A stretch of 64,000 nucleotides of DNA from Gnetum montanum (GCA_015680685.1 MNCI01002363.1:568866-632865); one strand, 5' to 3'. Shown: positions 38,718 through 52,772, numbered from the stretch's first letter. Translations and numbers: made by a program. Notes: a model not told the origin generated them from the letters alone.

Positions 38718-39557
38718 TGATGAATCACCATTTGTGTCGGATGCGACATTGGGTATGTGACGTCAGGGCCTTGGTCCGACGTCACATATCCAACGTCGGG
38801 GTATATTCCCCAAGTATATAAATACTGTGCCTAGGCTCCCATTTTGAGTTAGTTTTGAATAGTTTTAGTTTTCAGTTTTCAAGCAAGGTAGTGAAGCTCT
38901 TGTAGTCTATTTTCCTTAGAGTTAGAATATTTTTTGAGTGCCTGTAGAAGGAGTCTAAAGTCTGTATAGTTCTTTGTTTGAGCACTGATGTACTTGAGTG
39001 CAACAGTGTGACAGGAATAAAATGAACTCTTTTGACAATCCTTGCAGTACTGAGAATAACTTAATATTTTCTTTAATACATTTTACTTTCTCGCTCTTTA
39101 TTTTAATGCATTTGAATTAAGTAATTTATTTCTAGCAATTAATGAACATGAGCATGACCACTTTGAGAATTCATATAGTACTTGGTAACCCAATAACACT
39201 TAACATTTGGTAGCCTAGTAGTGCTATATGTGTTCAAGAAAGTGGAATGGTTACTTGTGTTAGGCTAGCTAGGCAATAGACATTAGTTTTCAATCTACTC
39301 TACCCTTATTCTTGCTGTAGGCAATTACATCCATAAAGTATAAAAATGACAAAAATTCATATACCTCAATTGTACTTAAACCATACCTTCAAGCCTCACA
39401 AGTGTAGTTGGGAAGATGACAAACATTCTTAACATCATTTCACTTCCTAGAGAAACTAGTGTATGAGATAACTATAGGTTCACGAAATTTGACTAGATTG
39501 CACTTAATGCCTTAGTAATTTGTATGATTGGGCATAGGGGTACCTCGCCACTCACCA
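38718..39557 (+). repeat. 5' LTR of element A (840 bp)
   Basis: Colinear with 47704-48542; TATATAAATA near 38815. Confidence 0.9.
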
Positions 39558-39560
39558 CTC

Positions 39561-39576
39561 ACACCATTGTTGGGGA
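39561..39576 (+). promoter_or_regulatory. Primer-binding site of element A (tRNA-Asp type, decayed)
   Basis: ACACCATTGTTGGGGA equals GCGCCGTTGCCGGGGA after transition mutations; lies just after the LTR. Confidence 0.65.
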
Positions 39577-40619
39577 CCTTTTTGTTGTTTTGTGCACTAT
39601 CTAGGACCCAGAGAAAGTATTTAAATCATTGGAATGAGCCTAAGAGTCATATCTTATTTCATAATTACTACAATAAATTCTCAGAGCACACCATGATTTT
39701 TTATTTGCCAACTAAAAATGTCTTACTCTCACTAGAGCGCTTCTTTGCCCAAGGTTGATAATGTTCATTTGACAAAGCCTCAACAATACTAAATCATATA
39801 TACTCACCCTAATGAGTATGTGCCAAACTTCACCTTCATCCTACACTAGCATGAACAGCTACGGTGGCATGACATGGAGAGCAACATTGTGTTGTTGCCT
39901 GATTGTGCTGCTCTTGTAATGCTATATCAAATGCTTGCACGATGTGGTATTCAAGAACACCATGGGAAGTATAATGTGGAAGATGTTGACGTCAGGGATT
40001 ATCATCCCACCGAAGCACAATGCTTGTGGGATCGACAACTGGAATAGCGCTATGAGTTTTTGAAGGGAAAAGGGTTTAATGATCCTCCATTTCTATTGTA
40101 CCAACAAGCTAGTGAAAAACCCTTCTCTAGAGATCTTCCATACAATAACGCTTGTCTCTTTGACTTTGGCAATGGAGGTTAAAACTAGAATTTTCACTCC
40201 ACAATTCACAATCCTAATTTTGGTAATAAGAAATCTAATGACAAAGAAGGATCTAGAGGGGCAAGTCAAGACAGGGATGCCAACAAAAAACATGATCATG
40301 ATTGTGGTTGCGATTGTTGAAGAGGCAGTAGTAGGCACTATGATGGTGTTGATTCTCCTTCCTCTTCCCCTTCATCATCATCTTCTTCTTCTAGCTCTGA
40401 TCATGATTGTAGAAGGTGAGATCATGATGGAGGTGATCGAAATGAGCACAATGACTGACAGGATCATAATAATCAAGGAAATCATCGAGACAAGCAAGAT
40501 CAAGGATGCAGACATTCAAGAGAGGAACATTGCCATGAATGAAGGGGTAGTAGAGGGCATTGTAGGCACCATGATCAAGGCCTCAATGAGCCTCTATTTG
40601 CTACTTGGAGTATGCTTAA

Positions 40620-43600
40620 CATTGTAGAGGTAGTTAGAATCCCAACAAGGCATGTGAAAGATAGTCGAATCAAACAATTAAACATGAACAATATTCCTTG
40701 ATTTGAAGGAGGATATAACTCTGATTTGCAGAATCATCTTCAAGCTTTTCAATATGCATGTGCCTTGTAAAACAAAGAAAATAAGTGGCAAAAATTGAAG
40801 TTATTTCCTAGGACACTCATTAAAGAAGCAAAGAACTAGTACTAGTCTTTAAAGCTAGAATCTATCAGACGATGGAGTACCATGCTTAAGTTATTCAATG
40901 ATAAGTATCAAACGTACTTCAAAGTGTCTAAATTAAGAAAGCAAATCCAAGGCTAGAAGCAAGGAACACATGAACCCTTGGATGTTGCCATTGATCGATA
41001 CTATGCCTTGATGCACAAATGACCTAGCCATGGTTATTCTCAATTGGCTCAACTTCACCACATTGTAGATGGGCTTCGTAACGAAACAAGAAAAACCCTG
41101 GGTGTCTATGCCCAAGGGCGATTGTCAGAACTAACTACTCATCAGGTACAAAGGTTAATAGATTAGGTCACCAAAGAGGAGGGCACACTAAGAAAAAGAG
41201 AAAGTGGAAAGGAGTATAACTGTGATCCTTCCATCTGTAAGAGGAAGGTTCAATTCTGTGATAGTGAGGATGAATCTGTATTTGACAAGGGGATGCATAA
41301 GAAAGCCTTGCCACTTCAATAGTTCCAATCTGAACTTATGGCCAAGGTTGATTAGTTAAGAGACTCCATGGATAGCAGATTTCAAGCTGTCCTCAAAATT
41401 GTTGAGGAGTCCCAAGAACAAGGTAGTGACTATGAGTGCAAGAGGCGCAAGGAAGCTAAACGTGCATATTATAAAGGTAAGGAGAAAATTGTTGCAATAG
41501 AAGAAGTTGCAGATAGTGAATTAGATTATGATTATGGATGTGATGTATGCCAGTATGAACATCCTAAGGGATGTTGCCCCATTATGTCACATCTTTAGGA
41601 GTCTAGGGTGTATGCCTTACATCCATGACTTACAAAAAGGCAAACATCTAGAAGGTTACCTTATCCTCATAGTAATCTCAAGCAGTTCCACCAACAATAA
41701 TAGTATTATCCAAGTGAAGCTCCACCACAACTGCATGAATAGTACCAACAATGGCAACAATCATAATCATGGACGTTTGCACTGCCAAGGCAACAATACC
41801 CTTATCGGCAGCCTAATTCATATGGTTACCACATTTAGCAACCCATGTCTTCATGTGACTTTTCTAGTCACATTTCTAATATTCAATCTTACTACCACCC
41901 TTCTAATTATTATCGAACTCCTTCTCCACATGAAAGAAGGGTTGCCACCTCCTATCCTTATCCTCCTCCTATCCTTGCACACACTCCTCCTCCAGTTACA
42001 CAACTACCACCTGCTTCTCCTGTATAAGGTGAACTACCAGCTCAGCTATAACCACACAATGCTATGAGGGCTATTAATCTACAACCCAATTATTAATCAG
42101 AGGGGTCAAATGCCTGATCAAAGAAAAGACCTTTTTTTCAATGCCATAGTCCACCTAAGCCCTCACCTACATCCACAGTTAACAACCCTGCTCCTACCTC
42201 TTTCTCCATATCAAATTTCTTTAGGCCTCCTTCAAACCAAACTCTGTCAAGGATCCATACTGTAATGCTCACTCATATTGTGTCCAATTGGATCTATGCA
42301 GGAAACCTTCCTAGGAAATTAGCCAATCTTGGAAGTCCTTTGATTTATTTGTAGATTGTTGGAAACGAACCATGCAAGGCTCTTCTTGATTTAGGTTCTA
42401 GTGTTAATTTGATTTCTCATGAGATGTACATTTCCTGGAACCTACTTCCTTTCAAGAAGAGCAACATTAGATTGAAATTGGTAGACTAGTCCATCATTGT
42501 TCCATTGGGACTAGTAGAAGACATTGTGACTACTGTTTGTGGGTGGCCTTATCCTAGTGACTTCTTGGTAATCAAAGTGGAGAACTACAAAGGGGACTTC
42601 CAAATCATTATGGGAAGGGCATGGCTAAGCATCGTAGACACAATAATGGACATCAAAGATCTTTCCTTAGAGACATCTAAAGAAAATGCATTTGGAAAGA
42701 TTGAGAAGAAGAGAGTTCTATGCATCATGTACAATGATACCGGGTGCAATTGTGTGTAAAAACTTTGGGCCATCAAGCACACATCCATCTCTACCTGCAA
42801 GCAGTGTGTGCTAGAAGTAGAAATTCAAAGGTGTCTGTACAAGGTAGCCACAAAATAGGAGGGCAACTAGTGGCTGACCATTGATTCAGAAAGTAACACA
42901 CTTTGCATGAAACCAACTGAGAGCTTGACATGTGAATATGTCATGAGCATAGATGAACTAGAGCAAGTTCATCACTAACTCTCCAATGATACAAACAATG
43001 ATATCTATTGGGAAGAGTTGGAAATTCCTAAGAACTTCAAGCAACAACCCCTTGAACTGAAACCATTACCAGCTGGAATGAAATACATGTTTTTGAAAAA
43101 TAAAAAGCTGGTTATAATTAATGCAAGACTTACTATAGAATAGAAAGAGATGCTGTTGAAGGTAGTTGAAAGATGATCAGTAGCTTTTGCTTGGTCATAT
43201 CCTAAACTCACAGGGATTAATCTTAGGATATGCCAATATTGCATTTACATTGACTCGGCTATGAAGCCAAAACAACAATCATAGAGGTAGTTGAATCCCA
43301 AATTGAAGCAAATCATTAAGGAGGAAATCAAGCAACTCCTCAAGGTGGGCTTCATTTATCCCATTATAGATAGTGAGTAGGTTAGTCCACTNNNNNNNNN
43401 NNNNNNNNNNNNNNNNNNNNNNNNNNNNNNNNNNNNNNNNNNNNNNNNNNNNNNNNNNNNNNNNNNNNNNNNNNNNNTTCAATAGTAGATTGGTAGTGGT
43501 GCAGAAGTCTTCATGGATGACTTCTCCACTTGGAGCTACATTTGAGTAAGCCCTAGACTACCTTAAGGAAGTGTTGAAATAATGTGTTGAAACTAACTTG

Positions 43601-45690
43601 TGGCTCAACTGGAAAAAAGCCATCTCATGGTCCAGAAGGGCATTATACTAGGGCACAAAATCTTGCAAGTAGGAATTAAGGTGGACCTTGAAAAAATAAG
43701 GATCATCCAAGGAGTAACCTGTTAGCTAGAAATAGTTAAAGATGTTTGGTCATTCCTTGGACATGCTGGCCACTATCAGCAATTCATAGAGAACTTATCT
43801 AAGATCGTAAAACCATTGGTGGAGCTAACAAAGAAAGATGCTCCCTTTGTCTAGATAGTAGAATGTGAGAAAGCATTCCAACAACTGAAAGAGAAGCTTG
43901 TAGAAACTCTAATCCTACAAGCACCTGATTGGTCCAGATCATTTCATATCATGATAGATGCATTGAATTATGCCTTGGGAGTTATGCTAACATAGTTAGA
44001 TGATAAGAAACATCCATACTACATCCACTATGCTAGTCGAAGCATTGTGGGTGCACAATTGAACTACACCACCATAGAAAAAGAATTGATGGTTGTGGTG
44101 TTTGTTTTAGAAAAATTTAGGCATTATGTGCTTGGATATAAGGTGTTTGCGTACATTGATCATAGTGCCATCTACTTCCTAATGAATAAGCCAATGGTGA
44201 GCCCTCATGTCATATAGTGGCTGGTGATCTTGCAAGAATTTGATCTTACAATGGTAGATCGAAAGGGCACTGAGAATGTGGTTGCTGATCACTTGTTTTA
44301 GTTGCGATGGGACGACAAAGAGGATGAAAGTCCATTATCTAATACATTTCCTGATGAACTCCTCTTTGTTGGGGTAAGAACTTAACAAATGTCCAATGAG
44401 CCAAAATGGTATGATAACATTCTCACCTATCTTCCCACTCAAGAAATGCCACAAGGGTTTGACCACCGAAAGAAACAATAGTTTCTTCACTAGGTAAAGC
44501 ACTTCATGGAGATCAATGGACACCTCTACAAGGTGTGCACCAATGGCTTGGTTCATTAGTGTGTCCCTGATGCTAATCAACTGCATGTTCTCCAATATGC
44601 TCATGAAGGTCCTTGTGGAGGACACTATGCTAGGAGACACATGACCATTAAAATCCTAATGGTAGGGTACTATTGGGAAACACTCTTTAGGGATACTTAC
44701 CATTTCATCTACTCTTATGAATGATGCCAACGAGATGATTGAATAATTGCTCAAATGAAGGAACCTCAACAATGAATTCAACCATTAGAACCATTTGACA
44801 TTTGGGGCATTGATTTCATGGGTCCCATCATGCCCATGTTAAATGGAAAGGCGTATATCATAGTTGCTATTGACTATTGTACAAAATGGGCAGAAGAAGT
44901 AACCATCATTGATTGTACATCCTCTACTGTTACTTGATTTGCACAACAAAATGTTGTAAATAGGTTTGGTGTGCCACATGCATTAGTTTCTAACAATGGA
45001 ACTCATTTTATAGGCACTACTTTTCGAAAGCTCATGCAATGCTTAGGGGTTAAACACAAACTTATAACACCTTACCATCCCCAAGCTAATAGTCAAGTTG
45101 AGGTTATGAATAAGGAAATCACAAGAATACTAATAAGAACTATTAGCAAGTATAGAAAGGACTAGAGCACAAAACTCAATGATGCCCTTTGGGCCTACCG
45201 CTTAACTTGGAAACTTCCTATAGGCTACTCTCCCTATGAGCTTGTGTATGGTAAACTACCAACACTTCTTATTCAATTTTAATTGCATACACTTTCAATG
45301 GCTTGTAACCTTGACCTTCACTTAAGTCTAGTCCAAAAACAAATATTAATGAATCTCAACCTACTAGATGAAAATTGATTAGTAGTCCTATCATCTAACG
45401 AGTTGCACAAGGCCTATAACAAAAAGCATTATGACTTGAAAATTAGAAAAGTCAAATTTCAATTGAGAGATAAGGTTCTCTACTAGAACCCCACACACGT
45501 ACCTCAACGAATTAAGTTCCAAATGTTTTGAGAGGGATCTTACATCATTTATGAGGCTTTTCCTTCTGGGGCCATGATGATCTATAAACTTGAGAGCCCA
45601 AACAAGAAACAACTATTTAACATCCAACAAATTAAACCTTTCCATGAGCATACGCTAGTTAACACAACAAGCACCTCATCCAATGGATAA
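40620..45690 (+). pseudogene. Element A gag-pol pseudogene
   Basis: Gag KLKLFPRTL; protease ALLDLGSSVNLI (about 42380) and IIMGRAWL; RT EVFMDDF (about 43505); RNase H YASR..QLNYTTIEKEL, ENVVADHL; integrase H..GGH, WGIDFMG, SNNGTHF, TPYHPQANSQVE. Many stops and an N gap. The true start may lie further upstream. Confidence 0.9.
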
Positions 45691-47703
45691 CCGTGCTCTA
45701 TATTTTGGATCTCCTCCTCTCAACTTAGTCATGGGGGAGATGGCCAACCATGCTAACCATTTAAGCGGCTCCTTATTTTTTAACCTTTTTGTTTTACACA
45801 TTTTTCATTTTACAATTTTTTTACACATTCTTTATTTTACATCTTTTTTATGTTATTAATATTTTCTAATTTTTGTTTTACACCATTGTTAGTACATTTG
45901 ATATTTCTTGAATAGTTTACACTTTCTTTCATATTTTCTTTTATTTGCTGTGATTTTCTAACTTTTGTTAATAAGTGCCAAGTAGATTGGTAATGTGTAC
46001 TTGATGGTGGTATGTACTATTTAGGACATGCAAGTGAGTCCACAACACCCACCCATCCACACACTTTATGATTTTCCTTGTTTTGGAAATGTGCAGTCCT
46101 TTTTTCATTAATAAAGCTTTAATAAATTTGTCACTTTGGTAATTTTTGGAATTGGGAAGGATTCAAAGATTTGAATAGGGTGTGGCTTCAAGGGGATTTG
46201 ACATTCTTTGTACTTTTCTGTTTACTTGGGTGCATGTGTGTTTTCATAGACTTCTTATTGTTCCATGCCATCTAATAAAGGAAGCTGAATAAGTCCTTGT
46301 ATGGTGTGGTTCTTAAAAAAAAAACAATGAGAATTCAAAGTACACCCCTTGGATAAAATAAATGTAGACATCCTCACATGGTGTGGTTTTCATCAAGAGA
46401 AAAAAAAAGGATTCAAAGCACACCCCTTGGACAAAATAAATGCATGTGTCTTTGCATGGTCTGGTTTCCATTTAAAAAAAATAATGGGAATTCAAAGCAC
46501 ATCCCTTAGACCAAATAAATGGGCTACAAGCATTGGTTATAAGACTTGTCTCCTCTAACTAAGGTCCTTTCTCACTTCCTACTTCTTCTCTAATTTGGAA
46601 TAGTGATTGTTTTGTGGGAGCACTCTTGTGTCTTAGGGGATGAATTGATTTTAGAATGTCAATGTGAAGTCACTGAATGTGGTTAGTTTTGGTCTGGTCT
46701 AAGGATGGATCCTATTAAGTCATTTAACCACAAAATTCACAAGGGACTTCATGTAACCATAATTAGAAACTCCATTCCACTCTATCTCTCATCCATTTAT
46801 GCTTTCCATGCCTCACCTCATTGTCAATTTCATGTTTTGGTTTGATGTGTCGAAATTCTTAGCTAGTTACTTTTGGGTTTTTGTACTTAACCTTCTGTAA
46901 CCATTAATCATCCATGGAGCCCATGGACTCTTTGGTTTGAAGGTATGTAAGGGTGTAAAAGGCTTGTGCCTACTTTGGGAAGGACCCACTTGCATATCTT
47001 TTGGTTGGGTTAGTTAAGTTCTTTACCCTTAGACATTTTTACAATCAAATTCTTTTTGTTTACCAGATCAATGACATCCAATTGTACACATCTTCACAAC
47101 AATTTTCAGTGAATTCTTCTTTTCATTTTTGTGGATTCTTATGCCCTCTTCAAATATTTTCTTGTATTAAAATTTTTCAAATTTAATGGACTACTTAATT
47201 TAATTAACCTTATTTATCAACATTCTTGCTAATACTACTCAAGGAACCAATCAACCACAATCACAACCTAGCTAAGTGTAACCACCAACAAGATAAGGCA
47301 TTTAACAATTATGTGTTACACATTGCATACTAATTCATGATTTTGTTGTGATTGCAGTGGGAAGCATGGACTAGAAGTGGGATTATCTTCACCAAGCATG
47401 ATGCAGCAATATCACATAGACAGTTCATGATTGAAGGATGTCTTCTCTCTCTCACTCTCATTTTCCTACTACTAAGAGGTGTTGGGTGTTAGTGTTATCT
47501 AGGGTGTTCACTTCTCTTATCATGAACACCCCATTTTGTAAAGATTGTAATTTTGTATACTTGGGCACTCAGATTTTTTTTGTTTTATTTGAGTCAATTT
47601 GTTGTGTTAGTCAATAATTCCATACCTACATAATATATGCTGTAACGAACTTGTTCCTCCTCTTCTTCACTTGAGGATGAGTTTTCATTCAGTTGTGGAG
47701 GTA

Positions 47704-48542
47704 TGATGAATCATTGTTTGTGTCGGCTGCGATGTCGTGTATGCGACATCGTGGCCTTGGTCTAACATCTCATATTTGACATCGGGGTATATTCCCCAAG
47801 TCTATGAATACTATGCCTAGGCTTTCATTTTGAGTTAGTTTTGAATAGTTTTAGTTTTCAATTTTTAAGTAGGGTAGCAAAGCTCTTGTAGTCTATTCTC
47901 CTCAGAGTTAGAATATTTTCTAAGTACTCGTTGAAGAAGTCTAAAGTGTGTACGATTCTTTGTTCAAGAATTGATGTACCTAAGTGCAGTAGTGTGATGG
48001 GAATAAAACAAACTCTTTTGATAATTCTTACAACACTGAGAATAGCTTAATATTTTCTTTAATGCATTTTACTTTCTTGCTCTTTATTTTAATGCATTTG
48101 AATTAAGCAATTTATTTTCAGTAATTAATGAACACAAGCATGACCACTTTTAGCATTCATATAGTACTTGATAACCCAAAAATGCTTAACATTTGGTAGC
48201 CCAGTAGTGCTATATGTGTTTAAGAAAGTGGGATGGTTCCTTGTGTTAGGTTAGCTAGGCAATAAACATTAGTTTTCAATCTACTCTACCCTTATTCTTG
48301 TTGTAGGTGATTACATCCATAAAATATAAAATGAAAAAAATTCATATACCTTAATTACACTTAAATCATACCGTTGAGCCTCACAAGTGTAGTTGAGAAG
48401 ACAACAAACATTCTCAATGTTGTTTCACTTCCTAGAGAAACTAGTGTACAAGATAACTATAGGTCCACGGAATTCAACCAGAATGTGTGTAACGCCTTAG
48501 TGATTTATATGGTTGGGTGTAGGGGTATCTTGTTATTCATCA
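47704..48542 (+). repeat. 3' LTR of element A (839 bp)
   Basis: Preceded by the PPT; ends ATTCATCA followed by TSD TTGTA. Confidence 0.9.
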
Positions 48543-49669
48543 TTGTACACATTGAAGTGCTTAGATACAATAGTTCTTGAATAAAGATTTGTACACTCTT
48601 TGATTCCTATTGTAGGCACTTAGAAAATATTCTAACTTTCAAGTGGAAAAACTACTAGAGGTTCACTACAACTATGAAATCTAATGCCATAAATGTGGTG
48701 GAAGGTGCACCTTTATAGGCAAAATAGGGTGCCCCATTGATGGGTACACATTAATGGGTCAAGCCCTACATTGACAGGATTAGGTTGATGAGATCCCATT
48801 AACAAAGTTACATCGATGACATCTTGTCAATGTGGCCAAATCATGGTACTTCATCATACCCCCACAACTAAATGAAACTCATCCTTGAGTTCTTTACAAA
48901 ATTTGGGAAGGTATGGAATTATTAACACATAAAATAAATACACAAACAACATGACAAAAACTAAGTGTCTAGAGTGTACAATTTTACAATGATTACAAAA
49001 TTATGGTGTTGAGAAGAAAAAAATTGAACACTAGTATAAAATAGATAAGCACAATTCCTTAGATGGCTTGAAGATGTTGGAGAAGATCAAATAGTCTCAA
49101 GTGGTGGAGGCTCCTAAGGCTCCAAAGGACCTTCTCTTGCTTTAGGTGCCCAGGAAGTGGATGGAGCACGTCAAACGTTGTCATTTATATAGTGTGTTAT
49201 GCCTTCCATCTTGTATAATTTTTGGATGAGACATGAGAAGGAAAGTGCCTTTCTTCCACGTTCATTTTCTTTAAGTTGCTTCTCTATCTCAAGATAGATC
49301 AGCTGTGGAAGGTTGATAGGGAATCTACTACTTAGAGTGGCACACACACATGTAGAGAAAGTTGTGATCTTTCTTGGCCTCATTGTTGGATTGAGGTGGA
49401 AGGCTATGATTTTAAAGTATGCATGCTCCATTGTGGTGAGTGCACCATATTCCTTACAATCGACTCCACAACACTGCTATGTTCATTCTTTCTTAATGCT
49501 AGGATTTGCATGCATGGGAATTTTAGTAAGGTTGGCCCTAGTTTCTAGTAATCCAAGGGCCTCTATAATGGCTTTCACTAAGTAGGACACTAAAATATCC
49601 TTGATCTTAATCATTGAACTGACCTATTAATTATTCCAAAACAAGTATGTCTCTCTCCCATGTACCACT

Positions 49670-51179
49670 TGTACTATCTAAAATCGTCGGTGCAAGGCTA
49701 GAATGAAACAGACATCAAGAGATCTATAGACAGGCACAGAAGACTCTACCTGTGCTTGAGGGCAAGTTGGAATGGATGAAGGTAGAGTGCCTTGAATGGT
49801 CCGCACGCAGATCAAATGAGGACTTCCCCAACGTACACACTTTGCAATGCGTTGGGTTATACGTAAACGATGCACATTAAATGTAAACCATAACGTAAAC
49901 AGACACAATAATGTAAATTGGAATGTAAACGTAAACTAGAAAAATAAAGAAAATTGCAATAAATTTGGGCAAAAATGTAAATTGTTTTGTATTAAAAAAG
50001 TGATTACAGCGTGCACCGGTCAGAACGTAGTTGTGGATTAATCACAAGGTGGACATTTAGCCTTGGTGGATGATGATAAGTGCTGGGAGATGCAGGTTTT
50101 GGGTTGCAGGGAAATGCAGCGTCCAAGTCTAATGCCCAGTGTACAGAGGTTTTTTGCCTAGATTTTCTAAGTGTACCATATCTAGTTTTTTTTGTCTCTG
50201 TTTGTAAAAATTGCCCACCCTTGATCTAGTGAAAAATTGGGATTTTTATGAGATCTTGGGCGTTAGATTTGGATCTAGAAGGGTATGAGTGGCCGTGGGT
50301 GAGAAAATTTTGGGTCGGATGACATGTGGCTATGTTGCCCGAGTGCAAAGAATGTTACAACTATATAGCGTGCTGCATGCCAGCGTCCGTGCAGAGTATG
50401 TATGCTTAGCATATAGATCATGGAAGTGCATCATTTCAAGGTTGAATCTTCATTTTTGGGAGCCTAGGATGATGCCTGAAAATTGCCTTGCCTCTGAGAG
50501 TCGATTGTAGGTGGAGATCTTGTTCTGGGGTGCTTGTTTTGAGAGATCCTTGATGGTGCACGCTGGGTGTACACGCTGGGCATGTAGGAATGAAAACCCA
50601 TCATTTGGAGCCCAAAACTTAATTTTCAGGAGCCTGAGAGCTACTGGGGACCTTGGTGAAGGTCCTGGGGGGTTCAAATGCTCAATTTTGGCATGTTTTG
50701 GCTCATTTTTGGGACCCATAAGTTGCTGCACGCTGGGCGTGCAGGAATGAAAACCCATTATTTGGATCCCAAAACTTGATTTTTAGGAGCCTGAGAGTTG
50801 CTGGGGACCTTGANTTGCTAGGGACCTTGATGAAGGTCCTGGGGGGTCCAGACCCTCAATTCTAGCATGTTTTGGCTCATTTTTGGGGCCCAAAAGTTGC
50901 TGCATGCTGAGTTGCATGCTGAGTTGCACGTTGGGCATGCAGGCCTGTGTGCAAGAAGTATACTTAGTCAAAACTAAGTGTTTTAAGTTTGAAGCTTGCA
51001 GTTCTTATTTTCAGATGTTGATGTAGCCTCCAATGGATCTCAGGGAACTTTTACTTGCTTGATTCAACTCTGTTTGATGCTATTTGTGAAGTTTGCAAGT
51101 TTCGATCATGCTAGGAAGCATCATGACTTAGCTCGATTATTGTCCGAAAGTGTTAGGTCCAAATTTTTGTGGTGTTTCA
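49670..51179 (-). repeat. 3' LTR of element C (1510 bp; 2 internal units of about 170 bp)
   Basis: Colinear with 57603-59489; TG...CA termini. Confidence 0.9.
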
Positions 51180-52244
51180 TTGGCCCCTCTTTGTTGATGC
51201 TTGGAGGAATCGACCTGAGAAGCATTAACAAAGAAGTACAAAACACCACAAACAAACTGGTAGCAAGCATTGTCCTTTGGCACTTGGCCAGATGTCATCG
51301 CACCATGTTCAGAAGTACCTGGGATTGGGAAATTGAGTTTTGAGATGATATCTAGAGGAGATGTTTGCAATTTTGGGATTGGGAATTGATCAAAGGATTG
51401 TGCTAGTGTGGGAGTGGAGTGTTCATCTATGCTAAAGACCCGTGTTGGTTCTCGTCGATGGCGAGTGTTCGACGGACTTGGAACCACGGCATGAGGTGTG
51501 CGTCCTTTGGAGGAACAAGACTCTTGTATTAGGTTTAAGAGAACTTGTTGTTGCAACCAAAGCCACACGATGAGGCAAAACATGATGGTTTGAGACACGA
51601 GTATTTCTTCCAAGACAACTGCCTTTCCATATGGGGCTTGTATGGGAAGTACCAAGGGTCTTATGGTTCATTTTGCTCTTTGTTCTTTGATCTTTTTTTT
51701 CTTTTTGTTCTTTTTTTTGGAAAGAGCTTTCTTTCAATTTTGCACTCATGCTCATGTGCCATGTTGTGCATTGCAACTGCTTGATAGTGTCGCAGCATGC
51801 AATAGTGTGCTCAAAGTTTTGGGGTATACTAGGTGTATCTGGGAACTGTAACCGGGTAGGAAAGGGAATGAGAGTGTTGGGGAAATGGAGAATGTATTGG
51901 GAATTGAGAATGTACTTTTGAATAGATTGATTAACCTGGTTGCGTGCGTTAGAAACAATGTGGCACCTTGTCACTGTGATGAAGTGTATCTGTGTATGAG
52001 CACCACTGGGTGTCATCCTGCAAACACAACTCTAAGAAGACAAGAAAACCACAAGTGAATGAGTTAGCGAACACTTTAGACACGAATGTGGCCGATGCAA
52101 ATGGAGGTACCATGTGAAACTTAAGGTAAACAAAATGAGTAGCAATAGTGTTGTCAGAGCCGGTGTGATGAGTGATGCGGTAGGCATTGATGAAGAAATG
52201 TCATGAATTATAGCAGTAGATGAATGTGCCAAAGATGATCTTGC

Positions 52245-52772
52245 TAGTTTATAGTCTTAGTGGACTATCGTGGGTTAGTTTTACGTCATAACCCATTGGA
52301 CATTGCCAGTTTATCGTCGTAGCAGACGGTGTGATCCTAGTTTATAGTCGTGGCGGACTATGAAAAGGCAAGCTAGTTTATAGTCTTAGCGGACTCTGGT
52401 AAATGAGTGTAACAATTTAACGTCATGTTGGACGGAGCTCTGTGGCATTGGTTTATCGTCATGACTCCAGGACGTATCTGTGGTGTTAGTTTTGAGTCAT
52501 AACCTAGGACAGGTCTGTGGTATCAGTTTACCGTCATGATGCTAGGACGATCTGTGGTGCTAGTTTTTAAAGTCATAGCCCAGGACATTTTGTGGTATCA
52601 GTTTACCATCATGATGTCAGGACGAAGTGTGGTATCAGTTTTAAGTCATGATGCCAGGACTGCTTTATGGTGTTAGTTTTGAGTCATAACCCAGGACATT
52701 CAGTGGTATCAGTTTACTGTCATGATGCCAGGACGAAGTGTGGTATTAGTTTTAAGTCATGTTGCCAAGACT
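52245..52772. repeat. Tandem array of about 36-41-bp units in the 3' UTR of element C
   Basis: Units such as TGTGGTATCAGTTTACCGTCATGATGCCAGGACG alternate with TGTGGTGTTAGTTTTGAGTCATAACCCAGGACA; about 13 copies. Confidence 0.85.

Larger units (their letters stand above)
38718..48542 (+). mobile_element. Element A: full-length decayed Athila-like Ty3/gypsy retrotransposon
   Basis: LTRs 38718-39557 and 47704-48542 (TGATGAAT...ATTCATCA), TSD TTGTA (38713-38717 and 48543-48547), decayed Asp-tRNA PBS, PPT AGTTGTGGAGGTA, domain order gag-PR-RT-RH-INT. Confidence 0.93.

Noticed and set aside
40079-42067. Hydrophobic ORFs of 182 and 179 aa
   Set aside because: Off-frame readings of low-complexity gag regions of element A.
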